A stretch of 64,000 nt of DNA from Candidatus Campbellbacteria bacterium (GTDB lineage: Bacteria > Patescibacteriota > Minisyncoccia > Phycocordibacterales > EsbW-18), in contig CP064977.1 of NCBI GenBank assembly GCA_016699465.1, positions 619,739 through 683,738 on the forward strand. Reading direction: 5' to 3'. Both the position numbers and the translations under genes were made by a program. The notes under the pieces are model-generated. The model saw only the letters and a program-made list of their open reading frames with translations. It was not told the origin of the DNA and searched no databases. Shown here one piece after another: positions 9,181-18,283 of the stretch. Within the stretch, counting starts at the first letter, position 1. Each line of letters starts with the position of its first letter.

Positions 9181-9263
9181 TTGGTTTGACATTCTTTTTT
9201 GCGAAGTGTATTGCTCAGGAAGAACTTGTAAATTTACAAATCCACGGATATAGGAGAACTGTC

Positions 9264-9794
9264 ATGTTTCAACACGACGATGTTATTCTCGTCGGAGTAG
9301 GCCATTGGTCATGTTCGAGGAACCCTCAAGATCTCGCGTATCCATTCTGGAGCTGGCGGGTCTCAATTGACGGAGTATTCCTCGAAGACGAAGAGTACAT
9401 TAACACGGGGATCGGGATTCATGGGAAAAGTGGGGCCGACAAGCTCATCGAGCGTCTTGGCCACATCTACCCAAGCCAATTCCTGAAGATTTTTTTGATT
9501 TTCCTGTTCATGTTCCCGGTGATCACACGTTCCTGTATCTACGTCTTTCGAAGATGCTCAATCCGGAGGCGCTCTCGTGGTTCTCAAGGAATTCTTTCCG
9601 TTTGTGTTTTCAAGAGCGGAAGAGACCTTGAGTCCATAAACATCCGCCCGAAGAGACGCCTGCTCTCGGGCGGCTCTTTTATTTATGGGATGGACGAGTT
9701 TAAACCTCGCTCATACTCAGAATTTGGGTCATTTGGACTTCAAATTTGTTTCGGATTTCGATATTCGGATTTTGGATTTTTGCTATATACTTGA
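9264..9794 (+). CDS. hypothetical protein (only the N-terminal ~80 aa looks protein-like; rest doubtful)
   Basis: ATG 9264 preceded by aggaga. The frame stays open to 9794 but runs through a terminator-like hairpin (9646-9685) and the family-B repeat (9736-9785). Confidence 0.25.
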   Translation: MFQHDDVILVGVGHWSCSRNPQDLAYPFWSWRVSIDGVFLEDEEYINTGIGIHGKSGADKLIERLGHIYPSQFLKIFLIFLFMFPVITRSCIYVFRRCSIRRRSRGSQGILSVCVFKSGRDLESINIRPKRRLLSGGSFIYGMDEFKPRSYSEFGSFGLQICFGFRYSDFGFLLYT

Positions 9795-9797
9795 GAT

Positions 9798-10370
9798 ATG
9801 CAATACAACACCATCGTCATTCTTGGAAAGCCTGGTTCTGGAAAAGGTACGCAGGCAAAACTTTTATCAGACAACGTCGGATTTCCTGTGTTTTCGGCAT
9901 CAGGACAACTTAAGGCTCTCGCGGCGTCACATCCAGATCTCGGTGAAGAAATTCTTAACGATATGGATCACGGTATTCTTGTGCCTCATTGGATTATTTC
10001 ATATTTGTGGATTTCGGCAGTCGTTGATTTAGGGCACGACAAGGGAATTATTTTTGATGGGGCGGTTCGTAAGATGGAAGAGGCAACACTTTTTAATGAG
10101 GTAATGCAGTATTTGAAACGTCCATATGTGGTTGTCTATCTCACTATTCCTGACGAAGAATTGCGCACTCGTATTAAAGAGCGTGCGCGTGTTGAAGATC
10201 GAGCCGACGACGATGAGACCATCATCACCAAGCGTTTAGAAGAATACCAAAATAATACACAAGGTTCACTCGATTTTTTCAAACGACAGGGAACACTTCT
10301 CGAAGTTGAGGGTATGGGAACCGTTGAAGAAGTGCACGAGCGAATTATCAAAGCACTTTCCAATCAATAA
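9798..10370 (+). CDS. adk: adenylate kinase (short form)
   Basis: VILGKPGSGKGTQAKLLS P-loop; TKRLEEYQNNTQGSLDFF; directly downstream of secY. Confidence 0.85.
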   Translation: MQYNTIVILGKPGSGKGTQAKLLSDNVGFPVFSASGQLKALAASHPDLGEEILNDMDHGILVPHWIISYLWISAVVDLGHDKGIIFDGAVRKMEEATLFNEVMQYLKRPYVVVYLTIPDEELRTRIKERARVEDRADDDETIITKRLEEYQNNTQGSLDFFKRQGTLLEVEGMGTVEEVHERIIKALSNQ

Positions 10371-10376
10371 AAATAA

Positions 10377-10402
10377 TTTTGTACCGATATATCGGTACAA
10401 AA
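10377..10402. repeat. perfect palindrome ttttGTACCGATATATCGGTACaaaa (copy 1 of 3)
   Basis: 26-bp perfect palindrome in the adk-map spacer; the same 20-bp core recurs at 47119-47138 and 51489-51508. Confidence 0.85.
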
Positions 10403-10421
10403 GGCATCTACACCCATTACT

Positions 10422-11189
10422 ATGTCTCTCATTAAAACACCTGAAGATCTAGAGCTTATACGAATCGCAGGAAAACGCCTTGCTCGTATTTTGGATGTGG
10501 TCGGCAAAGCGACAGTGCCTGGCGTTTCAACACAAGAGCTTGATGAAATGACAGAAGATCTTATTCGTGCAGGAGGGGACATTCCCGCATTTCTCAACTA
10601 CAAACCCGCTGGCGCTCCACGTGCATTTCCCGCAACGCTGTGTGTTTCAATAAATAATGAAGCGGTGCACGGTATTCCGCGAGAGGATCGCATTTTGAAA
10701 GAGGGAGATATTGTGAGTTTGGATACAGGACTTATCCACAAAGGGCGTGTCGCTGATATGTGTATCACCGTTGGTGTTGGTGCTATCGATGACACGGCAC
10801 AACGTTTGATTGAGGTTACAAAAAAAGCTCTTTTTTTGGGTATTGATGTGGCGCGTGCTGGTGCGTACATCAATGCAATTGGAAACGTTATTGAACCGTA
10901 CATTCTTTCAGAAGGATTTGAAGTGGTCGCTGACCTTGGTGGGCATGGTACAGGACTTGCGGTGCACGAAGATCCACATATTTTCCATATTGCGCAAAAA
11001 AACAAAGGCGTACAATTGTTGCCTGGCATGGTGATTACCATCGAACCAACGGTTGCTGAAGGGGAAGGTGAGGTAGATATTGCGGATGATGAGTGGACAT
11101 ACAAAACAGTCGACGGGTCTCGTTGCGCACAGTGGGAGCACACTATTGTGATTACCGATGGTGCACCAGAAATTTTGACGGCACTATAG
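10422..11189 (+). CDS. map: methionine aminopeptidase, type I
   Basis: HGIPREDRILKEGDIVSLDTG...DLGGHGTGLAVHEDPHIFH...MVITIEPTV carries the metal-ligand motifs. Confidence 0.92.
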   Translation: MSLIKTPEDLELIRIAGKRLARILDVVGKATVPGVSTQELDEMTEDLIRAGGDIPAFLNYKPAGAPRAFPATLCVSINNEAVHGIPREDRILKEGDIVSLDTGLIHKGRVADMCITVGVGAIDDTAQRLIEVTKKALFLGIDVARAGAYINAIGNVIEPYILSEGFEVVADLGGHGTGLAVHEDPHIFHIAQKNKGVQLLPGMVITIEPTVAEGEGEVDIADDEWTYKTVDGSRCAQWEHTIVITDGAPEILTAL

Positions 11190-11349
11190 GTATAGTATAC
11201 GTTTTAATCAAATACTATAAAAGGGTAATGTAGTATACGCGGTATTCATTTTTTGTATTTCTAACATAAAACACAAAACACTTTGGGTGGTACTAAGGTG
11301 TTTTGTGTATACAAAAACGTAACTCTAGTCTCCACTATCAAAAAGAGTA

Positions 11350-11366
11350 AGTGCTGGGTATAATGA
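11350..11366 (+). promoter_or_regulatory. extended -10 promoter element (tgggTATAAT) upstream of the T4CP-like gene
   Basis: gtgctgggtataatg at 11352-11366, about 80 nt before ATG 11447. The A/C-rich leader caaactaaaaccaatcaccaacttctcactcccaacccctcacc resembles the leaders of rpmI and infC. Confidence 0.4.
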
Positions 11367-11446
11367 ATGCAACGTCCAAAACACAAAAAGTTTCAAACTA
11401 AAACCAATCACCAACTTCTCACTCCCAACCCCTCACCTCTAGTACT

Positions 11447-14212
11447 ATGGAAACCTTCTCATTGACGCCTGAAAAAAAGTTCACCACACCCGATGAAGAG
11501 GTTACTTTTTTGCGTGAGCGTTTAAAGCAACTTGAGACAAACGTGAATGCGGGAACACATGAACTAACGCATGAAACTCCTGAAAAAGAGGTAATACACA
11601 CATATGCACAGCATGAACCGCAAAACATTCTCGCCAAAGGTCATGAAATGCTCCAACCGGAAGTTGATGCGATTGTGTTAGACCTTGCCCCAGAGGAACA
11701 TGACTCGGTCATTGCGGAGCTTCTCTCGGTGATGCAAAAAAAAGGAATACGCAACGCACTTTCCATTGTCGAAAAAATGAACAACCCTCACGTGGAAGAT
11801 GATTTTCACAGGTTTCTAGCTGAATATTTGAAAGAAGGACATGTTGCAAGGGGAATCAAAGAAGGCGAACCGTTGTGGAAGGCTCTCCACATGACACTTC
11901 TTGAAGTATTACTGCCATTTACCTCAAAAGAGGCACAAGAACACCAGAAACCACTCAAAGAACTCCTCTCATCGATGGAGCAATTGTATGCTGGTGCGTT
12001 GTCGGTTGCGTCTGAAAAAGGATCAAAGAAAAAATATTTTTCTCTCGAGCTTGCCGTTGAGGCGCACCTTGAACATGTAACGCTCTACATGTCGGTACCA
12101 TCTGAAAAGAAGGACACTTTTGAAAAACAAATACTTTCTATTTTTCCACAAGCACGCGTGATGGAGTGCAAGAATGACTACAATATTTTTGTTCCCGAAG
12201 GAAAAACAGCTGGCTCGATTGCTGCATACGCACGATCATGTGCGTATCCGCTGAAAACGTATGAGCATTTTGATCAAGATCCACTCACCATTCTTCTTTC
12301 TGCGTTTGCAAAATTGTTGCGTGTGGGAGAAGGGGCCGCACTCCAAGTGCTTGTTCGTCCGGCTGAAACTAACTATACAGAAAAACTAAGAAAGGCGTTA
12401 GAAAAACTTTCAAAAGGAACCCCTACAAAAAAAGCTCTCGATCTCTCATCGTCATTTATTGATGATGTCGGTAAGGAAATGAAAGAGGTGAAGAAAATGT
12501 TTTTTCCTGAGAAAAAGAAAGAAGACGAAGATACAAAGCCAAAAATTATTGATGAAGTTGCTATTGAGCAGGTCAAGCAAAAAATGGCACACACAATTGT
12601 TGAGGCTAACATTCGACTTCTTGCTTCATCAACAACACAGGTGCGTTCAGACGCGATTCTTTCTGAAATGGAGGCGACGTTTAATCAACTTGAGGACCCA
12701 CGTGGTAACGCTTTGAAATTTACGCGTTACACAAAGGTAAAACTTGCGAAACTTGTAAAGGATTTTGCGTTTCGGTTGTTTTCTTCCGATGCCCTACTTC
12801 CTATGAATCTCCAGGAACTTGCAACGTTTGCGCATGTACCGGCGGTGGGAAGTGACTCGTCTCGTGAATTGAAGCGCGTGAAGGCGGGGGGTTCTCCAGC
12901 GCCAGTTGATTTACCAATAGAAGGTTTGTTGCTTGGTGAAAATATATACGGAAATACCAAGACGCCTGTTTATATGACGGAGGAAGATCGACTACGTCAT
13001 TTCTACTGTATCGGACAGACTGGAGTGGGAAAGACAACGCTCCTCAAAAACATGATTATTCAGGACATCAAAAATGGGGAGGGGGTGTGCATGGTTGACC
13101 CGCATGGTTCTGATCTCATGGAAGTGCTTGCAAATATTCCACCAGAACGTGTTGATGATGTCATTTACTTTGATCCAGCATATACGGCGCGACCGATGGG
13201 GCTCAATATGCTTGAGTATGATGTAACGCGCCCGGAGCAGAAGACATTTGTAGTGAATGAACTCTTTTCTATTTTTCAAAAATTGTACGAAGGTTCTCCA
13301 GAGAGTATGGGGCCAATGTTTGAGCAGTACTTCCGTAATGCAACAATGCTGGTTATTGAGGATCCAGAGACAGGAAACACGCTTTTTGACGTATCGCGTG
13401 TTATGTCAGAAAAAGCATTTCGTGATCTAAAGCTCTCGAGATGTAAAAATCCTGTGGTGGTGCAGTTTTGGCGGGAGGTTGCTGAAAAAGCTGGTGGGGA
13501 AGCATCTCTGGCAAACATGGTGCCCTACATCACGAGTAAATTCGATGTATTTCTTGCCAATGACATCATGCGTCCGATTGTGATGCAAAAACACTCCGCA
13601 TTTAACTTTAGGGATATCATGGATAATCGTAAAATTCTTTTGGTGAACCTTTCCAAAGGGCGTCTCGGTGATATCAACGCAAATCTCATTGGTATGATTA
13701 TTGTCGGCAAGATTCTTATGGCCGCTCTCTCCCGTGTGGACGCGGTGAGCGCTGGTCAAAAACTTCCGAATTTTTATCTGTATATTGATGAATTCCAAAA
13801 TATAAGTACGGACTCTATTGCCACAATTCTTTCGGAGGCACGTAAATATAAACTAGGGCTGATTATTTTTCACCAATTTATCAAACAGTTGAGTGAAAAA
13901 ATAAAAGACGCCGTGTTTGGTAACGTGGGAACGATATGTGCGTACCGTGTTGGCTCTGAAGATGCTGAATTTTTGGAAAAACAATTTGCGCCCGTCTTTA
14001 CTGCATACGATTTGATGAATGTAGACAACTTCAATGGATTTTTAAAGATGTTGGTGCGCAATAAAACAGAACGCCCATTTTCACTCCATGCGTATAATTC
14101 TCCAAAAGGTGACAGGGCCACATTGGAAAAAATGAAAGAGCTTTCGTATTTGAAGTACGGTCGTCCTCGCGAAGAACTTGAAGCTGAAATTAATTCGAAG
14201 TACAAAATCTGA
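11447..14212 (+). CDS. TraD/TrwB/VirD4-like (type IV coupling protein family) P-loop ATPase with a ~500-aa N-terminal domain of unknown function; no predicted TM segment
   Basis: C-terminal half has Walker A YCIGQTGVGKTTLL, DPHGSD, Walker B FYLYIDEFQ and ARKYKLGLIIFHQFIKQL...AVFGN, the layout of TrwB/TraD/VirD4. N-terminal 500 aa is unrecognised. Paralog at 56911..58773. Confidence 0.7.
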   Translation: METFSLTPEKKFTTPDEEVTFLRERLKQLETNVNAGTHELTHETPEKEVIHTYAQHEPQNILAKGHEMLQPEVDAIVLDLAPEEHDSVIAELLSVMQKKGIRNALSIVEKMNNPHVEDDFHRFLAEYLKEGHVARGIKEGEPLWKALHMTLLEVLLPFTSKEAQEHQKPLKELLSSMEQLYAGALSVASEKGSKKKYFSLELAVEAHLEHVTLYMSVPSEKKDTFEKQILSIFPQARVMECKNDYNIFVPEGKTAGSIAAYARSCAYPLKTYEHFDQDPLTILLSAFAKLLRVGEGAALQVLVRPAETNYTEKLRKALEKLSKGTPTKKALDLSSSFIDDVGKEMKEVKKMFFPEKKKEDEDTKPKIIDEVAIEQVKQKMAHTIVEANIRLLASSTTQVRSDAILSEMEATFNQLEDPRGNALKFTRYTKVKLAKLVKDFAFRLFSSDALLPMNLQELATFAHVPAVGSDSSRELKRVKAGGSPAPVDLPIEGLLLGENIYGNTKTPVYMTEEDRLRHFYCIGQTGVGKTTLLKNMIIQDIKNGEGVCMVDPHGSDLMEVLANIPPERVDDVIYFDPAYTARPMGLNMLEYDVTRPEQKTFVVNELFSIFQKLYEGSPESMGPMFEQYFRNATMLVIEDPETGNTLFDVSRVMSEKAFRDLKLSRCKNPVVVQFWREVAEKAGGEASLANMVPYITSKFDVFLANDIMRPIVMQKHSAFNFRDIMDNRKILLVNLSKGRLGDINANLIGMIIVGKILMAALSRVDAVSAGQKLPNFYLYIDEFQNISTDSIATILSEARKYKLGLIIFHQFIKQLSEKIKDAVFGNVGTICAYRVGSEDAEFLEKQFAPVFTAYDLMNVDNFNGFLKMLVRNKTERPFSLHAYNSPKGDRATLEKMKELSYLKYGRPREELEAEINSKYKI

Positions 14213-14345
14213 TAGTTGAATTTTTCCTACATACTACTTTCTATATACCAGCTACCACATACTACCTACGAGTGGCTAAAATGGGTACTTTTTGGTACTA
14301 TGGCTCATCGATACAACTAATAGTTAAAAAGTAATTTACGTATTT

Positions 14346-14936
14346 ATGCAACGAAACCCAAAAGAAGAGAGGACATTTGTGATGATTAAACCCGATGGTG
14401 TTCGGAAGGGTCTTATTGGTGAAATTATTCACCGTTTTGAACAGCGCGACATGAAAATCGTTGCTCTTGAGATGTTTCAGCCAACACTGAAACAGATTGA
14501 TAATCATTATCCAAAGAGCAAAGCATGGATTACGCGTCTTGGTGAAAAGACGTCGGCTACGTATGAGAAGTATGGATACTCCTTAAAGAAAGATTTTGGT
14601 ACTAACGACAAGTTTCAAATAGGAAAAATGGTTCGTGGATGGCTTATTAAGTACATGGTTTCAGCACCATTGGTTAAAATGGTGGTGCAGGGCATTCATT
14701 CTGTTGATTTGGTTCGTAAAATTGTTGGTCCAACATTGCCATACATGGCTGAAATGGGAACTATTCGAGGAGATTTTTCAGCTGATTCTCCAGCGCTTGC
14801 TAATGCGGAGAAGCGTGCCGTTATGAATCTTGTGCACGCATCAGAGACACCTGAAGAAGCACTACACGAAATAGAGCACTGGTTTGGAAAGACTCCTGTC
14901 TATGCATACAAGCGATTTGGAATTGATGAAGGATAA
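14346..14936 (+). CDS. ndk: nucleoside diphosphate kinase (with ~45-aa internal insertion)
   Basis: ERTFVMIKPDGVRKGLIGEIIHRFE...NLVHASETPEEA.HEIEHWF; at 196 aa it is longer than canonical Ndk. Confidence 0.8.
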   Translation: MQRNPKEERTFVMIKPDGVRKGLIGEIIHRFEQRDMKIVALEMFQPTLKQIDNHYPKSKAWITRLGEKTSATYEKYGYSLKKDFGTNDKFQIGKMVRGWLIKYMVSAPLVKMVVQGIHSVDLVRKIVGPTLPYMAEMGTIRGDFSADSPALANAEKRAVMNLVHASETPEEALHEIEHWFGKTPVYAYKRFGIDEG

Positions 14937-14950
14937 AAATGAAAAACAAA

Positions 14951-14977
14951 AAAACCGCCATGTAGGCGGTTTTTTTG
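14951..14977 (+). terminator. rho-independent terminator after ndk
   Basis: aaccgcc-atgta-ggcggtt followed by ttttttt. Confidence 0.75.
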
Positions 14978-15451
14978 ACCTATACACTTCACTTTTTTCT
15001 ATACTGTAGCGCAACGCCTTGTCCCCCTTGTCAGGGCTCTTTCGTAGAGAGTAGGATATATGTAGGGGTTATTTTGGATATTATCTAGATCAAATTTATT
15101 GTTACAGGGAGTTCGATGTTGTCTCAAACCATACGCCTTGGTGTATGTACTCAGAACACCCACCTAGCACATGCTAGGTAACACATCTGAGATAGCCCCC
15201 ACACGAGCACTTCGGCTTCCCATAGGTCGGAGTTTTCGTTTTTCAGGCCATTTCTTTCTTAATATTTGTCATTTGATATTGTTATTGCCTACTACTTCCC
15301 ACGCCTCTAGCGGGGCACGCTACTTCTTTGCTATTTGAAATTTAACATTGAATTCCCCCACATTCCACATTTCAGATACCACATTCTATGTATATTTTTG
15401 CTATACTACCTACGTAGAAACAGACTTTATATACCCTAATGCAACACCATC

Positions 15452-15865
15452 GTGCCTTTACGACATCAAAAAATTTTCCTCTTTACTCTATTGTTCCTTG
15501 CAGTAGCTGTGTATTTTCTTAATGAAACAGGACAAGTGCACTTTTTTTACTGGAAGTACTGGTGGTATGACATCATGATGCATTTTCTCGGTGGTTTTGT
15601 TGTATCTGGATTTGGATCGTGGGTATATATTTGTCCTACCTCATCAAATAGTATGACTCTTCGACGTACACTCGCACTCTCTGTTGGTATTGGTATGAGT
15701 ATTGGTATCGGCTGGGAGTTGTTTGAATATTTCAACGGTATATATGCCGATCAACCCGGCATCGTTGCTGACACGGCAGGAGATTTGTTCATGGATTGTA
15801 TCGGCTCAATTGTTTCAGGGCTTGTGGTGTACTGTACATTTATACGACTACGTTGCATAGAATAA
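15452..15865 (+). CDS. hypothetical membrane protein
   Basis: 137 aa with 3-4 hydrophobic helices, W/Y-rich; no recognised family. Confidence 0.45.
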   Translation: MPLRHQKIFLFTLLFLAVAVYFLNETGQVHFFYWKYWWYDIMMHFLGGFVVSGFGSWVYICPTSSNSMTLRRTLALSVGIGMSIGIGWELFEYFNGIYADQPGIVADTAGDLFMDCIGSIVSGLVVYCTFIRLRCIE

Positions 15866-15867
15866 CT

Positions 15868-17262
15868 ATGTCAGACACTATGAATACACACACAGAGAAG
15901 GGGCATGTAACACTTGGATTTTATGGTGGCGTTGGTACCGTAACTGGTGCGAATTTCCTTTTAAGTACTCCGGAAGGAAACGTTATTGTTGATTGTGGTA
16001 TGTTTCAGGGTATGCGTATGTGCAATCCAAATAATGCAAATATGTTTGGATATGATCTCTCGACACTCGATGCCCTCATTGTGACACACGCACATATTGA
16101 TCATATTGGACGTATTCCAAAATTAGTGAAGGATGGATTCCGTGGCCCTATTTACTCAACTATCGAAACACGGGAGCTTGCCGAAGTAATGCTTCCTGAC
16201 GCTGCTGGTCTCATTGTGAAAGAGGCGATTTTGTGCGGAGAAGAACCTTCATATACTGCCGAAGATGTTGCGCCAGTGTTTCTTCAGTGGAAAACGGTTC
16301 CGTACTATACGCCGTTTACCATTGCTGATATGACGTTTGAATTTAAAAATGCAGGCCACATTCTTGGTTCGGCGCTTGTGCAATGTATCCACCCGTCCGT
16401 TGGAAAGATTATATTTACAGGTGATTTGGGTAACTCGCCGTCGCTCATTATGAAAGACACGGATGTTATTGAGGATGCAAATATTTTAGTAATGGAGAGC
16501 GTGTATGGGGATCGTGTGCACGAAGAGGTGCCTGACCGTCTCGCACAATTAGAAGACGTTATTGAAAACACCATTAAAAACAAAGGTACACTTCTTATTC
16601 CAACATTTTCGATTGAACGCACACAAAATATTCTGTATGAAGTAAATATGCTCATTGAAGAAGCACGTATTCCACACATTGATGTGTATCTTGATTCGCC
16701 ACTGGCGACAGCGGTAACTGAAGTGTACAAACGTCATCCAGATAACTTTAACGAAAAAACACAACAAGCGATTGCGGCGGGGGATGATGTGTTTGCGTTC
16801 AAAGGATTGAGGGTGGTGAGCTCTACACAAGAGTCAAAGGCGATTTATGAAACTCCGGGGCCAAAAATTATTATTGCTGGTTCAGGTATGTCACACGGAG
16901 GACGCATTATCGGGCACGAAAAGCATTACCTCTCAGATCCGTTGTGTACGTTGTTGATTGTTGGATATCAAACGCCGGGAAGTTTGGGGCGACAGCTCGC
17001 CGATGGTGCAAAGAAAGTTACGATCGGAAAAGAAGAAATTGATATTCACGCCACGGTGCGCTCAGTATCAGGGTATTCAGGTCACCGTGATATGAATGGC
17101 CTCATCCGTTTTGTGAATGCGACAAGTTTAACCCTACGAAAAGTGTTTGTAACAATGGGCGAGCCAAAGACATCTCAATTTTTTGCACAACGACTTCGTG
17201 ACTACCTTGGTGTGAATGCTGTCTATCCAAATCTCCATGATGTGGTGGATATCTCAAAGTAG
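15868..17262 (+). CDS. MBL-fold beta-CASP family hydrolase (RNA-metabolising metallo-beta-lactamase-like)
   Basis: HAHIDHIGRIPKL motif (HxHxDH), GDLGNSP and later Asp/His motifs, C-terminal beta-CASP-like region; start at ATG 15868. Confidence 0.7.
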   Translation: MSDTMNTHTEKGHVTLGFYGGVGTVTGANFLLSTPEGNVIVDCGMFQGMRMCNPNNANMFGYDLSTLDALIVTHAHIDHIGRIPKLVKDGFRGPIYSTIETRELAEVMLPDAAGLIVKEAILCGEEPSYTAEDVAPVFLQWKTVPYYTPFTIADMTFEFKNAGHILGSALVQCIHPSVGKIIFTGDLGNSPSLIMKDTDVIEDANILVMESVYGDRVHEEVPDRLAQLEDVIENTIKNKGTLLIPTFSIERTQNILYEVNMLIEEARIPHIDVYLDSPLATAVTEVYKRHPDNFNEKTQQAIAAGDDVFAFKGLRVVSSTQESKAIYETPGPKIIIAGSGMSHGGRIIGHEKHYLSDPLCTLLIVGYQTPGSLGRQLADGAKKVTIGKEEIDIHATVRSVSGYSGHRDMNGLIRFVNATSLTLRKVFVTMGEPKTSQFFAQRLRDYLGVNAVYPNLHDVVDISK

Positions 17263-17469
17263 GGGACGTTAGGGGCGGGAGGTTGGAACTCGGCGATTAG
17301 TTTTAGTTTGGTTATTGGTCATTTGCTATTTGATGTTGTTTCGGATTTCGGTGTTCGTCTTTCGAATTTTCGTTGATTATTGTTGTTTGGTTATTGGATA
17401 TTTGCTATTTGATGCTAATATTTAAGTGCACCTTTCTAGCTTCTAGTCTCTAATATCTAGTATCCAACC

Positions 17470-18090
17470 ATGTCTCTCCGAAAAAAAGTAATTCACGATA
17501 TAAAAATATGTGTGTCGGGTGCCGCCGAGACATCATCGTGTGGTCCACGTGCGTATGAAGTTGCAAAAGAACTCGGACGCGAAATTGCTCGGCAAGGAGC
17601 GGTGATTGTTACAGGTGCGACAACGGGTTTTCCGTTGTGGGCAGCAATGGGTGCAAAAGATGCAGGTGGGCAATCAATAGGTATTTCTCCGGCCGCGTCT
17701 GAACGCGAGCACGTTGAGGCATTTCGGTTGCCATTGGATTATATGGATATGATTGTGTACACAGGTTTTGGCTATTCTGGTCGCGATCTCATTCTCACGC
17801 GTTCCTCAGATGCAGTATTGTTTGGGTGCGGACGCATTGGGACGATTCACGAGTTTACGATTGCATTTGAAGACAATAAGCCGATTGGTATTTTGGAAGG
17901 GGAGTGGATGACCGATGAAACAATCAAAACTATTTTAGAGCGAAGCAATCGCACGCACGACAGGGTGGTGTTTGATACAAATCCAAAAAAACTCGTTGAA
18001 AAAGTGATGCTTCTCGTCAAAAAAGATAAAGCTGACGACCGCATGACTTCCAGCTACCGCCCCGCTGAAGAAGGGGATATTCTCGGCTAA
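17470..18090 (+). CDS. LOG/SLOG-family Rossmann-fold protein (TIGR00725-like)
   Basis: ICVSGAAETSSCGP...VIVTGATTGFPLWAAMGAKDAGGQSIGISP...AVLFGCGRIGTIHEFT is the SLOG/LOG-like architecture. Confidence 0.6.
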   Translation: MSLRKKVIHDIKICVSGAAETSSCGPRAYEVAKELGREIARQGAVIVTGATTGFPLWAAMGAKDAGGQSIGISPAASEREHVEAFRLPLDYMDMIVYTGFGYSGRDLILTRSSDAVLFGCGRIGTIHEFTIAFEDNKPIGILEGEWMTDETIKTILERSNRTHDRVVFDTNPKKLVEKVMLLVKKDKADDRMTSSYRPAEEGDILG

Positions 18091-18096
18091 TTCACC

Positions 18097-18150
18097 GACC
18101 TGCCTGCGTAGGCAGGTCGCCCCGCCATTCTGTAGAATGGCGGGGCTCAC
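18097..18150 (+). terminator. tandem hairpins after LOG-like gene
   Basis: gacctgcctgcgtaggcaggtc then ccccgccattctgtagaatggcgggg; U-tract weak. Confidence 0.45.
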
Positions 18151-18163
18151 TTCGTATGTTTAT

Positions 18164-18188
18164 GGAGATAAAATTTTGATAAAGTCGA
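18164..18188 (+). repeat. 25-nt motif ggagataaaattttgataaagtcga (copy 1 of 2)
   Basis: Identical 25-mer at 25681..25705; both copies lie ~15-20 nt upstream of promoter-like elements (here TTGCAT-17-TAGTAT). Confidence 0.7.
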
Positions 18189-18283
18189 TTACTATAGGTG
18201 GTTGCATTTCTTTAGGTCGGGGCGTAGTATTTCATCAGATTATACCCAGTTGCTTGCGAAACTATCTAGTGTGGAGGTATCCA

